Source: a virus. From it: DNA of 64,000 bases. The stretch lies in IMG/VR virus record IMGVR_UViG_3300049139_000178, positions 1-64,000 of that record; one strand, written 5' to 3'. The translations under genes and the position numbers were made by a program. Positions 17,400-26,244 of the stretch are shown one piece after another; position 1 is the first letter of the stretch, and every line of letters begins with the position of its first letter. The notes below the pieces were generated by a model. It ran no database searches, was not told where the DNA came from, and was given only the letters and a program-made list of their open reading frames with translations.

Positions 17400-19394
17400 C
17401 TACCCGACGGCCGCGAGACTCCCGAAATCGATCTCGTACAGGGCCGCCATGTTGGGCGGGGTGACCCGCCTCAGCAGACCCTCGTCCGCCAGGCTCTCGA
17501 CCTCCGCGTACACCCAGCCGCGAGGCCAGCCGGTCAGCTCGGGAAGGTCCATCAGATCCTCGACGCTGACGTTCTGTTGGCCGGACTGGCGCAAGATCTC
17601 CAGCCGGTTCAGCAGCTCCGCCCGCGCGTCCGCCTCGGACATCCTCGCCTGAGCCGGGGCACCGAACGTCACCTCGGTGCCGCGCGGAGCGGCCAGCGGC
17701 TCGCCGACGTCGATGCCGTCGTCGCTGACCGTGTTCAGGTCGCTGACCTGCGCGAAGTCGGTGTCCACGTCGTCCTCCAGGGTTACCTCCATGGCCGCCG
17801 AGGCGGCCTTGTCCTGCTGCTCGTCCACGACGCCCTCGGCGAGGATGCGGTAGCTGCCCGCGTCCAGCTCCGCCCAGTACGGGCGGGTGACTTGCTTCAT
17901 CTCCTCACGGTCGGCTGCCTTCATGCGCGGCACGCGGCCGTCGACTGGCCAGTGGGCCTTGTCCGTGCCTGTGACCTCGGCATACAGCGAGCCGGGGGCG
18001 TTGTTGGCCCACTTGGTCGGGTCGGCGCCGGCCTCCAGCGTCTCCGCCTCCAGGGCGTACTTCGCGTCCTGGTACTCCTTCTGCCCGTGAGCCAGGGACT
18101 GCACGAGCTGACCTCGGGTTTTGCGGGGGATGTTGTCGTGCGGCATGGTCTGCGCGGAGGCGCAAAAGTGCACGCCGATCGACCGCAGCTTGCGCATGGC
18201 CTCGTCGGCCTCCTCGTCCACCACCGGCAGCACGTCGGTGGCCTCCTCGATGTCCAGGAAGATCGCCGGGATGCGGTGCAGCGTCCACAGCTCGGGCACC
18301 CACTGCTTGTAGCCCTTGCCGCCGTCTGCCCTGGTCAGCGTGCCGAACAGGCCGGCGCGGTACTCGATGAGCGGCACCAGGTTGCGCACGAGCTGCTCGG
18401 TGGCCTCTCGGGTCTTCGCGGCCAGGCCCAGCACCTCCTCGATGTCGCCGAACGACTGTTGGAACTTGGCCGGGTCGCCGACCACAGGCACCACGTCCAC
18501 GCGCTCGCGCATCTGGAGAATCGCCGTGCAGATGGTCTCCGTCTTGCCCGCGCCGGACACGCCGGTGCACTTCGTATGGGCCAGTGGCCTGGGGTTTTTC
18601 TCGTCCTCGGAGCCGACGATCCACCAGTTGATGTCACTGCCGTCGGTGCGCTTCCCGAGCCAGATCGGGGCGTCCGCGATGGACGCCCCGAGGTGACGCG
18701 GGCCGGTCCAGACAGCCGGCTTGAAGGCTCCTGCCGCGCGGGTGAACGTCACGTCCACCTGACCTTCGTGACCTGCGACTTTGAGCACCTTGACCTGGTC
18801 GGCACCGACGCCGGCGACGGCCGCGATCTGCTCCCGGGCGTCCTGCGCCTCCTTCGCCGTGGTCGGGGCGTCCAGGTGGACCCGGGCGCGCAACTCCTGC
18901 TCGGACTCGGTGACCTTGCCCACCCGGGCGTCCTTGAACGCCCGCACCTTGGCCAGCAAACCGTCGTTTCCGCTGGTCTCGGGCGACTTGTCAGCGTCCC
19001 GGACGCCCGACAGGGCCGCGTGCCGGACGCACCAGGCGACCGACAGAACGAGCCCTCCGAGGGCCCACGCCTTGAAGACGTCGGCCTGCCAGGGGCGGAC
19101 GGTGATGGCGAAGAGTTCCCAGGTCAGGACGGCGCTGACGAACACCGTGACCATGGTCCGGGTCTCCTGCCGGCGCACCGCCCAGGTCGACCAGGTCACG
19201 TACGCGAGATACGCGAACCCGAGGGCGAGGAAGGCCATCCACAGCGGGCTGTCGCCGATGACGAGGTGGAGCACCAGAGCGAGCGGCCAGGCCGCCCCCG
19301 TGATGGCCCACGGCAGAACGTACGAGATGATGCGCTCAGGCACCCTGAACAGGGCGTATCCACGCACGCGGTGATTGTTCGACACGTCGTCCAC
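17400..19394 (-). CDS. traB: Streptomyces-type TraB DNA translocase (FtsK/SpoIIIE family)
   Basis: N-terminal TM helices, Walker A GVSGAGKT, Walker B IFLDIEEA, C-terminal winged helix. Confidence 0.85.
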   Translation of the reverse strand: MDDVSNNHRVRGYALFRVPERIISYVLPWAITGAAWPLALVLHLVIGDSPLWMAFLALGFAYLAYVTWSTWAVRRQETRTMVTVFVSAVLTWELFAITVRPWQADVFKAWALGGLVLSVAWCVRHAALSGVRDADKSPETSGNDGLLAKVRAFKDARVGKVTESEQELRARVHLDAPTTAKEAQDAREQIAAVAGVGADQVKVLKVAGHEGQVDVTFTRAAGAFKPAVWTGPRHLGASIADAPIWLGKRTDGSDINWWIVGSEDEKNPRPLAHTKCTGVSGAGKTETICTAILQMRERVDVVPVVGDPAKFQQSFGDIEEVLGLAAKTREATEQLVRNLVPLIEYRAGLFGTLTRADGGKGYKQWVPELWTLHRIPAIFLDIEEATDVLPVVDEEADEAMRKLRSIGVHFCASAQTMPHDNIPRKTRGQLVQSLAHGQKEYQDAKYALEAETLEAGADPTKWANNAPGSLYAEVTGTDKAHWPVDGRVPRMKAADREEMKQVTRPYWAELDAGSYRILAEGVVDEQQDKAASAAMEVTLEDDVDTDFAQVSDLNTVSDDGIDVGEPLAAPRGTEVTFGAPAQARMSEADARAELLNRLEILRQSGQQNVSVEDLMDLPELTGWPRGWVYAEVESLADEGLLRRVTPPNMAALYEIDFGSLAAVG

Positions 19395-19399
19395 CGCCC

Positions 19400-19972
19400 T
19401 TACACCAGGTCGAAGCCGCCACGGCGGCCCCCGGGACGGCTGACCTTGCGGTCGTTCTCGAACTCGTCCAGCAGAGCCTCGAACCGGCGCCAGGCCTTGA
19501 CCGCGCTCACGGCTCCGCCTGCGCAGGAGTTGGCCATGTGGTCGAGATCCTTGCCGACCTGTCGCAGCGTCAGAGCCAGCTTGGCCATCTGCGCCGGGGT
19601 CATCCATCCGTCTTTCGCCTGCCGGGCGCTGGCCCGCGCAGCTGCCTTGAGCTGGCCTTCTGCCAGCTTGGCGGAGACGGCAAGGAAGTGGAGCAAGGTG
19701 CGGTAGGCCTCGCAGAACGCGTAGAGATCTTCCTGGTTGGCCAGTTCCAGGGATCCGATGGAGTTGACGAGTTGGGCCAGGTTCTGCCCGCGCTTCCCGC
19801 CGGGTCGGGAGAATCCCTTCTGACCTGCGGATTTCTCGGTGCTGCCGTTCGACGGCAACGGGTTGCCCTGGCCGTCCAGACCTCGCTTGTGGAGCTGGTC
19901 GGTGGTCTGTCCGTTGGCCCGGCCCGCCGCGCTGAACGGGTTTTCCGGGTGGTTTTGTCCGATACGGCTCAT
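19400..19972 (-). CDS. TraA-like plasmid transfer protein
   Basis: helical protein directly upstream of traB, the arrangement seen in Streptomyces plasmids. Confidence 0.55.
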   Translation of the reverse strand: MSRIGQNHPENPFSAAGRANGQTTDQLHKRGLDGQGNPLPSNGSTEKSAGQKGFSRPGGKRGQNLAQLVNSIGSLELANQEDLYAFCEAYRTLLHFLAVSAKLAEGQLKAAARASARQAKDGWMTPAQMAKLALTLRQVGKDLDHMANSCAGGAVSAVKAWRRFEALLDEFENDRKVSRPGGRRGGFDLV

Positions 19973-20029
19973 AGCCGGTCCTCTTCCTGATTCCTGGGTT
20001 CCTGGTTCCGAAGCGAAAGCCCTACCGAG

Positions 20030-21600
20030 GTTGTCCCCGGTAGGGCTTTACCTAAATCAAGAGTCTCGCGGCAGTGTCCCGGCCGCAAGGCCGTTCTACG
20101 CCTCCTTGGGGAACGTCCGCTGGATCGCCTTGCGCAGGCTCTCCGGCTTCGTGCCTTCGTGTCCCGGCAGGGTCGGGACAATCGCACGGACCTCGTCCTT
20201 GCTGTGTCCCGTCTCCATCAGGAAGCGGACGACGCCGGTCAGGTTGTCCCGCACGTCTTCCGGGACATCGACGATGGTCTGTCCCTCGCTCCGGGACACG
20301 GCCTGCTCGGCCGGGACAACCTCGTGCAGCTTGTCCAGGGACACCCGGACGGTGGGACGCGGCCGGGACACGGTCGCCGGGACAGAGGTACGGGGGCGGG
20401 ACACCGGCGCCGGGACAACGTCCTGCGGGACACGGGACATGTCCCGCTGCGGGACAGCGGGGGCCGGGACATCCGACGGGACAGAGGCCGTGTCCCGGGG
20501 GACAGCCGTCTCGCGGGACACGATCGACGGGACATCGCCATGTCCCGTGTCCCCGGCCGGGACAGCGGGAGCCGGGACAAGGGACAGCGACCAGTCGTGG
20601 CGCGCGTTGATCCTGGCGAGGGATGCCGCCGACTTGCGCCGAACGACCCGGGCGACGATAGCCGCCTCCGCCCTCTCGGCCTGCTCGGGGGTCAGGCCGT
20701 GCCGCGCCGCGTCGATCTGCTCGGCCAGGCGGGCGCTGAGCCGGTTACGGCCCCACTCGGTGCGCGCGGCGGCCACGCGGTCGGCGAGGGCGACTGCGCG
20801 GTCAGCGGCCCGGCTACGGGCGATGGCGGCGGAGTCGTCGCCGCGCCGGCCGATGCCCAGGGAAGCCGTCAGGCGCTCCTTCAGCTCACGCAGGGCCTTG
20901 GCGAGCAGGCCGTCCGACTTGGCGCCTGACATGCGAAGTTCCAGGCCGAGCAGCAGGTGCAGGAGCACGGCCAGCAGTACCGACCCGAAGATGAAACGTA
21001 CCGGACCGCCGATGCTCCCGGAGATCGCGAAAGCGGGGACGCCCTGCGCGAGAACGAGCAGGTAGGCGAGGTACGCGGGGCCCTTGGTCCGGGTGGCCCA
21101 GGCGTAGACGGTGAGGGCGACGATGGCCGATTCGGCGACGCCGCACAGGATCATGCGCTCGGTCTCGTCGGAGATCTGAAGCGCGGTATCCATGAAGCGG
21201 TACGAGGTGTCGGCGGACATACCCAGGGCCAGTGTGGCCGGGACAAGGAGGCCCCAGGTCGCTACCTGTGTACGGGACATGCGGGACATCGTCTGTCCTC
21301 TCTTCCTTGGTCACGATTCCTTGGTCGGTGCTGATTTCCTTAAATCATCGTACACGCTATCTGTCCCGGTGTCCCCTGTCCCGACAGACCTTTGTCCCGG
21401 GACATGTCCCGAGCTGGGACAAAGCGCGTGTCCCGGCCGCCGTGTCCCGGTGTCCCACGCGGGACGGGACAACGACGTGTCCCGTTGTCCCGGCTCCGAA
21501 TGTCCCGGGACACGACGAAGCCCCTGCGGTTGTCCCGCAGGGGCTCGCTGTCTCTCTGTCCAGCCGTCAGGTCTCGTCCCGGTCCGGGACATCGCAGGGG
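20030..21600. repeat. dense GGGACA/TGTCCC hexamer clusters
   Basis: roughly 45 copies by hand in 20030-20590 and 21240-21600, in both orientations. Confidence 0.9.
20096..21289 (-). CDS. SpdB-like membrane protein with repetitive linker and C-terminal helical domain
   Basis: about four TM helices, SADTSYRF motif, V/P/S/R-rich linker encoded by GGGACA repeats. Confidence 0.65.
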   Translation of the reverse strand: MSRMSRTQVATWGLLVPATLALGMSADTSYRFMDTALQISDETERMILCGVAESAIVALTVYAWATRTKGPAYLAYLLVLAQGVPAFAISGSIGGPVRFIFGSVLLAVLLHLLLGLELRMSGAKSDGLLAKALRELKERLTASLGIGRRGDDSAAIARSRAADRAVALADRVAAARTEWGRNRLSARLAEQIDAARHGLTPEQAERAEAAIVARVVRRKSAASLARINARHDWSLSLVPAPAVPAGDTGHGDVPSIVSRETAVPRDTASVPSDVPAPAVPQRDMSRVPQDVVPAPVSRPRTSVPATVSRPRPTVRVSLDKLHEVVPAEQAVSRSEGQTIVDVPEDVRDNLTGVVRFLMETGHSKDEVRAIVPTLPGHEGTKPESLRKAIQRTFPKEA

Positions 21601-21896
21601 CGGAAAGGATCCGGACCGTCGGCGTGGGGACGGAAAGGGTCGGCGCTCGCCGTACCCGCCGCCGTGTCCCGGATGTCGTCCTCCGTGACGATCTCGCTGA
21701 ACCAGAAGTCCGTGATCTCGACGCCGGCGAGCGGGACGTTCTGCGACTGGGACAAGTCCCGTACGGCTGCCGCGCGAAGCCGCACCTCGTCGCACCGGCC
21801 CAGCGAGTAGGCCGTTCCGTCCAGCACGTAGTTCTGCCCCTTGAAGCGGGCTGTTCCTCCGTAGACGTATCCGAACCTCATCACACGCCGGGTCAC
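21567..21896 (-). CDS. hypothetical protein
   Basis: GTGA coupling to the upstream gene. Confidence 0.6.
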   Translation of the reverse strand: MTRRVMRFGYVYGGTARFKGQNYVLDGTAYSLGRCDEVRLRAAAVRDLSQSQNVPLAGVEITDFWFSEIVTEDDIRDTAAGTASADPFRPHADGPDPFRPCDVPDRDET

Positions 21897-22153
21897 CTCA
21901 GATACTCCGAGCCGGGGCAGACGGCCCAGGTACGCGGTCCGGGACGATGGACGGCTCGGAGAATGCCGACGCCCTCCAGGACGAGCAGGTGGTCCTCCAG
22001 CCAGGGTCCCGGCCGGCCTGCGCGACTGGCGACGTCGGGGAAGTCCGAGACGGTGAACGTCTTTTGACCTCGTGCGGTCAGTTCACCGATACGGCTGCGC
22101 ACCGCATCGGCAAGGGTTGGGGGTGGTCCAGTCGTGGCTGTGGTGGTCGGCAC
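21893..22153 (-). CDS. stand-alone TraB-type winged helix protein
   Basis: GTG after GGAGGAG; aligns with the TraB C-terminus. Confidence 0.65.
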   Translation of the reverse strand: MPTTTATTGPPPTLADAVRSRIGELTARGQKTFTVSDFPDVASRAGRPGPWLEDHLLVLEGVGILRAVHRPGPRTWAVCPGSEYLR

Positions 22154-22172
22154 GACTCCTCCGTTTCCGTGT

Positions 22173-22814
22173 TCAGATATCCGCTCGGACGAGCCCCCGC
22201 CCGGCGGTGTTTCCACGGTGCACGTGCCAGACCCACGTCCGAGCGTCCAGATGCTCGAACGTGGCCCCTGCGTCAAGCAGGCGCACCAGATAGTCCTCGT
22301 CTTCGCCACGGTAGCGGCGGCCTAGGCCATCTGTCGTCGTTTCCTGGCCAGGACGGAACCCTCCGATGGTTCGTACCAGCTCAGTCCGTACAAGGTGGGT
22401 CATCGGGATGAATGACCCGAATCGGCGCAGATGCGCCTCTTGCTCAGGCCCAAAGCGGACACCCCAGGGAAGCACCCACTGCCCCTGTACGGACACGGCC
22501 GTGGGATCCTGACCCCCGCGCACCACTGGTGCCGGGTACACCAGGTCGGGCCGTTCCGGGGACTGCTCCATCACGCGCATGCATGCCATGAGGTGGTTGG
22601 GCTTGATTTCGTCGTCATCGTCGAGCCACGCCACGACGTCCGTGGTGACCCGCTCCAGGGCTCGGTTACGGGCCTGGTCCGCCCCGGTGCGCAGGGAATC
22701 GCGTTCGACGACGACCTGGTCCGGCCGGCGGCGTTGTGCGCGCACGGACACCAGGGCGCGCTCCAGCATCGCCTCCCGGCCCGGGATGGTCGGGATGACG
22801 ACGGCTACGGTCAT
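22173..22814 (-). CDS. glycosyltransferase family 2 (paralogue of 11237-11818)
   Basis: VIPTIPGR, ARNRAL, LDDDD, LVRTEL, GGFRP, FEHL, HxxNTxGR. Confidence 0.88.
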   Translation of the reverse strand: MTVAVVIPTIPGREAMLERALVSVRAQRRRPDQVVVERDSLRTGADQARNRALERVTTDVVAWLDDDDEIKPNHLMACMRVMEQSPERPDLVYPAPVVRGGQDPTAVSVQGQWVLPWGVRFGPEQEAHLRRFGSFIPMTHLVRTELVRTIGGFRPGQETTTDGLGRRYRGEDEDYLVRLLDAGATFEHLDARTWVWHVHRGNTAGRGLVRADI

Positions 22815-22855
22815 GCGGGGCACGACAGTGTCTCCTCTCCGTCGGCCGGCGGGCT

Positions 22856-23155
22856 CTAGCACATCGCGTCCCCGGCGTCGTAGGGCGGCATGGGCTCTGG
22901 GACCCGCACCCCGGCCAGGGCCTGCGCAGCCCTCTGAACCGCCGGTGCTGTACGGGTCAGGCTCTCGCGGAACCGCTGGAAGACCAACGCGGTCTCGTTG
23001 AGCCGCGCGCCCAGCAACTCGGCGTCCGCAGCGATATGTACGGCTGCGGTGCCGTCCGGGTTCGACGGGTCAACGCCGACAACCACGGAGCCCGCACTTT
23101 CGGCGTCTGCGCCGGGTGCGGGCTCCGTGGCGGCGGGTGTGCGGTCCGATGGCAT
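22856..23155 (-). CDS. hypothetical protein
   Basis: TGATG coupling to the HTH gene. Confidence 0.55.
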   Translation of the reverse strand: MPSDRTPAATEPAPGADAESAGSVVVGVDPSNPDGTAAVHIAADAELLGARLNETALVFQRFRESLTRTAPAVQRAAQALAGVRVPEPMPPYDAGDAMC

Positions 23156-23421
23156 CAGTCCTCCTGGACGGCCACCCACAGGGCGTCCTTGTCGGCCTGG
23201 GACTCCTCGGACTTGACCATCGCGGCCAGGCCCTGCCGGCGCAGCCGGTCCAGGGACAGGTAGGTGCGGGACTTGTTCAGGCCCATCTCCTCGGCGATGA
23301 CGTTGCGGGCCATCCCGTCCGGATTGCTCTTGAGCAGGGCGAGGATCTTCCGGTCCCGTTCGATGGTCTCTGCGGGCCTCGGCCGTCCTCGCGGGGGGCG
23401 CTGCGGCGCGGTCACAGTCAT
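23155..23421 (-). CDS. winged HTH DNA-binding protein
   Basis: ILALL...GMARNVIAEEMGLNKSRTYLSLDRLRRQGL. Confidence 0.8.
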   Translation of the reverse strand: MTVTAPQRPPRGRPRPAETIERDRKILALLKSNPDGMARNVIAEEMGLNKSRTYLSLDRLRRQGLAAMVKSEESQADKDALWVAVQED

Positions 23422-23481
23422 GATTCCTTCCTCGGTGATCAGGGCGTTGATGATTTATCTTAATCGGTATACCCCTGGCTG

Positions 23482-23769
23482 TCACGCCTCAAGCCCCGGC
23501 GACGTCAGCAGGCCTGAGGACCGCACCAGCTCACAGGCCGCCTCCACGCCCATCGGCTCCCGGTCCGTGGCCAGGTACGCGGGCGGCTGCCACAGTTCCA
23601 CCTCAGCCCCGAACGGCGACGGCCCGCCGGGCACGGTGGCCGGCAGGCCGTGGGTGTCGTTCTTCAGTTCCAGGTGATCTCGCAGCAGCCGCTCGTACGC
23701 CTCCCGCAGACTGACGTACGCCCGCCGTAGGTCTCGGGCGGGTATGCGTTCTGCGGTGTGCCTGCCCAT
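23482..23769 (-). CDS. hypothetical protein
   Basis: GAGGA RBS; short coiled coil. Confidence 0.55.
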   Translation of the reverse strand: MGRHTAERIPARDLRRAYVSLREAYERLLRDHLELKNDTHGLPATVPGGPSPFGAEVELWQPPAYLATDREPMGVEAACELVRSSGLLTSPGLEA

Positions 23770-23913
23770 CCGTCCGTCCTCTCGTCCGGCTTCGTTGCGG
23801 CCGGGGACGGTATCAGCGAGCAGCGTTGGCGCCGAACGGAGCCCACCCACCTGCAAGCTTTGCCATTCCGTAATAGGCGGCGGCCTTGAGACCTCACAGT
23901 CTCAAGCGGGGCG

Positions 23914-24384
23914 TCACCGCACCGCGCGGTTCTGCCAGGCGTCCCGCATCCCCGGATCGAAAGCGGCAGCCTGCGAAGCGGCCCGGGACGCCGGCGAGGT
24001 CAGAAACGCATCCGTGCCCCGGCGCGTGGTCAGCTTCTCCAGCACCTCGTCCCCGGTGATCAGACCCTCCCACTCGATGAAGTCTTTCTCCCCGGGCACG
24101 GCCGACGCGCCGCGCTTGACGACCAGGTACGGCAGCGCACCGGGATTGCCTTCCTCGGAGTCCACGGCGAAGATCCGGATCTCCGTCCAGCGGCAGGTGG
24201 AGCAGTGGACTCGCCGAGGGGCGAACTCGGCATCAGGGTGGTTCTGGTGCCGGGGCCGGTAACTGGATCCGAGGCCCAGGAACGCGCCGGTGATGGTCAC
24301 CGACTGGCCGTGCTGATCTGTGATCGTCCAGGTCCCCTCTTTGCCGACGGAATCCAGTCCGGGCAGGGGTGTAGGGCTCGTCAT
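23914..24384 (-). CDS. hypothetical protein
   Basis: GAGGAGAG RBS; H...CSTCRW motif. Confidence 0.7.
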   Translation of the reverse strand: MTSPTPLPGLDSVGKEGTWTITDQHGQSVTITGAFLGLGSSYRPRHQNHPDAEFAPRRVHCSTCRWTEIRIFAVDSEEGNPGALPYLVVKRGASAVPGEKDFIEWEGLITGDEVLEKLTTRRGTDAFLTSPASRAASQAAAFDPGMRDAWQNRAVR

Positions 24385-24542
24385 TGGTCTGCTCTCCTCA
24401 ATCCGTGGTCCTGCTCCGAGCGTACCCACTGGGTAAACGTGCGCGTAGCCGAGTCCAGGCCGCGTCGGGAGCGTGGCGAGACAGCGTATCGGGTAAGTCT
24501 GATTTAGTGAAATGAGTGCGCCCAGATATGGAGGACCAAGGA

Positions 24543-25124
24543 ATGCGCATCATGGGGCTGGACCTGTCAATGACGTGCACGGGGGTGGCTTTCCCGGACG
24601 ACTCCACAGCCGTCCTCAAACCGCGCGGCAAGGGGTACGAACGGTTGCTCACCATCGAGGAGCGTCTGTGCGCGGCAGTGCGTGTCGCCCGGCCGGACCT
24701 CGCCGTGGTGGAAGACATCAGGGCCGGCCTGAAAGGCGACGCAGCCAAGGTCGTCCCGATGGTGCACGCGGTCGCCGTGCTCGTGCTCGGGCGAGCCGGT
24801 GTGCCCTGCGTCTGGGTCAACGCGAAGACGCTGAAGTTGTACGCCACCGGCTACGGCGGCGGGTCCGACAAGGAGTCCATGGCGCTGGCCGCGTTCACCC
24901 GGGCCGGACGGACGTTCCCCGGCGACAAAGGCGGGGATCAGTGCGATGCGTGGTGGCTACGTGCGGCCGGTCACGCCGCCTACGGCGAGCCGGTGGTCCG
25001 GATGCCGCAGCACAACATCGACGCCCTGCGCATGGTGGCGTGGCCGAGCCTGCCCGGAGCGTCCCCGGTCTTCGAGCCGCCCGTGCCGAAGCAGGCCCGT
25101 CGCCGGCGGAAGGTGGCGGCCTGA
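24543..25124 (+). CDS. ruvC: RuvC-like Holliday junction resolvase
   Basis: IMGLDLSMTCTGVA, VVED, KLYATG-x-G-x3-K, DQCDA; GACCAAGGAATG start. Confidence 0.85.
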   Translation: MRIMGLDLSMTCTGVAFPDDSTAVLKPRGKGYERLLTIEERLCAAVRVARPDLAVVEDIRAGLKGDAAKVVPMVHAVAVLVLGRAGVPCVWVNAKTLKLYATGYGGGSDKESMALAAFTRAGRTFPGDKGGDQCDAWWLRAAGHAAYGEPVVRMPQHNIDALRMVAWPSLPGASPVFEPPVPKQARRRRKVAA

Positions 25125-25213
25125 CATGATGCTGTACGCGGCCCTGGCCGTGAACGCGGGAAGACCCCGAGCGCGCTCTGCTCGGGGTCTTCCTCATGGG
25201 CGGTGCTGTGCGG

Positions 25214-25798
25214 TCAGCCGCCGAACGGGTCCGGCGCTTCGCCGCCGTCGCCCTGGGTGAGGAACTGACCGGCCGCGTGGCTGTTCTGGTCGGCCTTGGT
25301 GTAGACGGCGGTGAAGGTCTGGCTCGGGTACTTCGCGCCCTCGCGCTTGACACTCTTGCCCCGGGTGACCTTCAGGTACCCGCCGATCTCCGGGGCCGGG
25401 ACCCCGGCCTCCTTGAGCGCCTTGCCGACGGCCATCTGAAGGCCGTTCTTGACGTACAGGGCTCGCTTGCCGTCGTCGTCCGGGATCGGCTTCTCGATGT
25501 ACTCGCGAGTCTCCCAGGTCATGCCGGTCGGCTCGCACTGCATCTCGATGATGAGCTGCTTGACGGGCCGGGCCGTCTGCGGGAACCGCAGCTCGGACTG
25601 CTTGACCTTGGACTTGCCCTCCCAGAACAGCAGCTCGCCGGTCTCCATGTCGGTGACGTCGTCCATCCGGTAGGAGAGGATGGTCCCCTCCACGGTGAAT
25701 CCGACCTGAGGGAACTTCGCGGCGACGGTGCCGCTCCCGCCGAAGAACTGGGCCGCCGCAGCGGCTTCGGCGCTGAAGGGGTCAACCTGAGTCGTCAT
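25214..25798 (-). CDS. phage single-stranded DNA-binding protein (OB-fold)
   Basis: KF-x-QVG-x-TVEGTI, RALYVK, acidic DPFGG tail; downstream of the exonuclease. Confidence 0.65.
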   Translation of the reverse strand: MTTQVDPFSAEAAAAAQFFGGSGTVAAKFPQVGFTVEGTILSYRMDDVTDMETGELLFWEGKSKVKQSELRFPQTARPVKQLIIEMQCEPTGMTWETREYIEKPIPDDDGKRALYVKNGLQMAVGKALKEAGVPAPEIGGYLKVTRGKSVKREGAKYPSQTFTAVYTKADQNSHAAGQFLTQGDGGEAPDPFGG

Positions 25799-25876
25799 TC
25801 CTGTGTCCTGTCTGCTGTGATCCTGTGGGCCTCCGCCGCCGGTGGCGAGGGAGGGGAGCCGGCTGTGCGTGGCTCC

Positions 25877-25972
25877 GGTGCGCGGCCGGGTCTCGAACCC
25901 GAATCTCCAAGGACTTGCCGACACGGGGGTGGGCCGGGGTCCTTGGGCTCTCGCCTGTTGAGCTACCGCGCG
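25877..25972 (-). ncRNA. tRNA-like RNA with an elongated hairpin in place of the anticodon loop
   Basis: acceptor GCGCGG/CCGCGC, TA, D-arm GCTC/GAGC, stem CCAAGGAC/GTCCTTGG around 24 nt, T-arm TCGGG-TTCGAGA-CCCGG. Confidence 0.7.
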
Positions 25973-26244
25973 TCCAGCGTTTTACGGCCGCCGCCAGACC
26001 CCGAACCGACCGCCGATGTCGCGTTGCCGCCCTGCGGGCTGTGTCGCTACGACGGTTCGTCGTTGGGTCTTCTGTGGCCCCGACCCGGGGCGAGTGCCAC
26101 TGGATCGAACCGGGTCGGGGCGGTCTCTGTGGAGTTGGTCCGGGAGGATCTGTGACGATAGGTCAACTACGTCTGACCTGCCCGGAGTTGCTGTGCTCCG
26201 TATGCTTTTATGATACCCCGGAAGCTGATTTAGTTAAACCCTTC

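Noticed and set aside
17370-19706. 778-aa plus-strand ORF
   Set aside because: Antisense shadow of traB in high-GC DNA; no motifs or RBS.
25877-25972. Canonical decoding tRNA
   Set aside because: No 7-nt anticodon loop, so no anticodon can be assigned; reported as tRNA-like instead.
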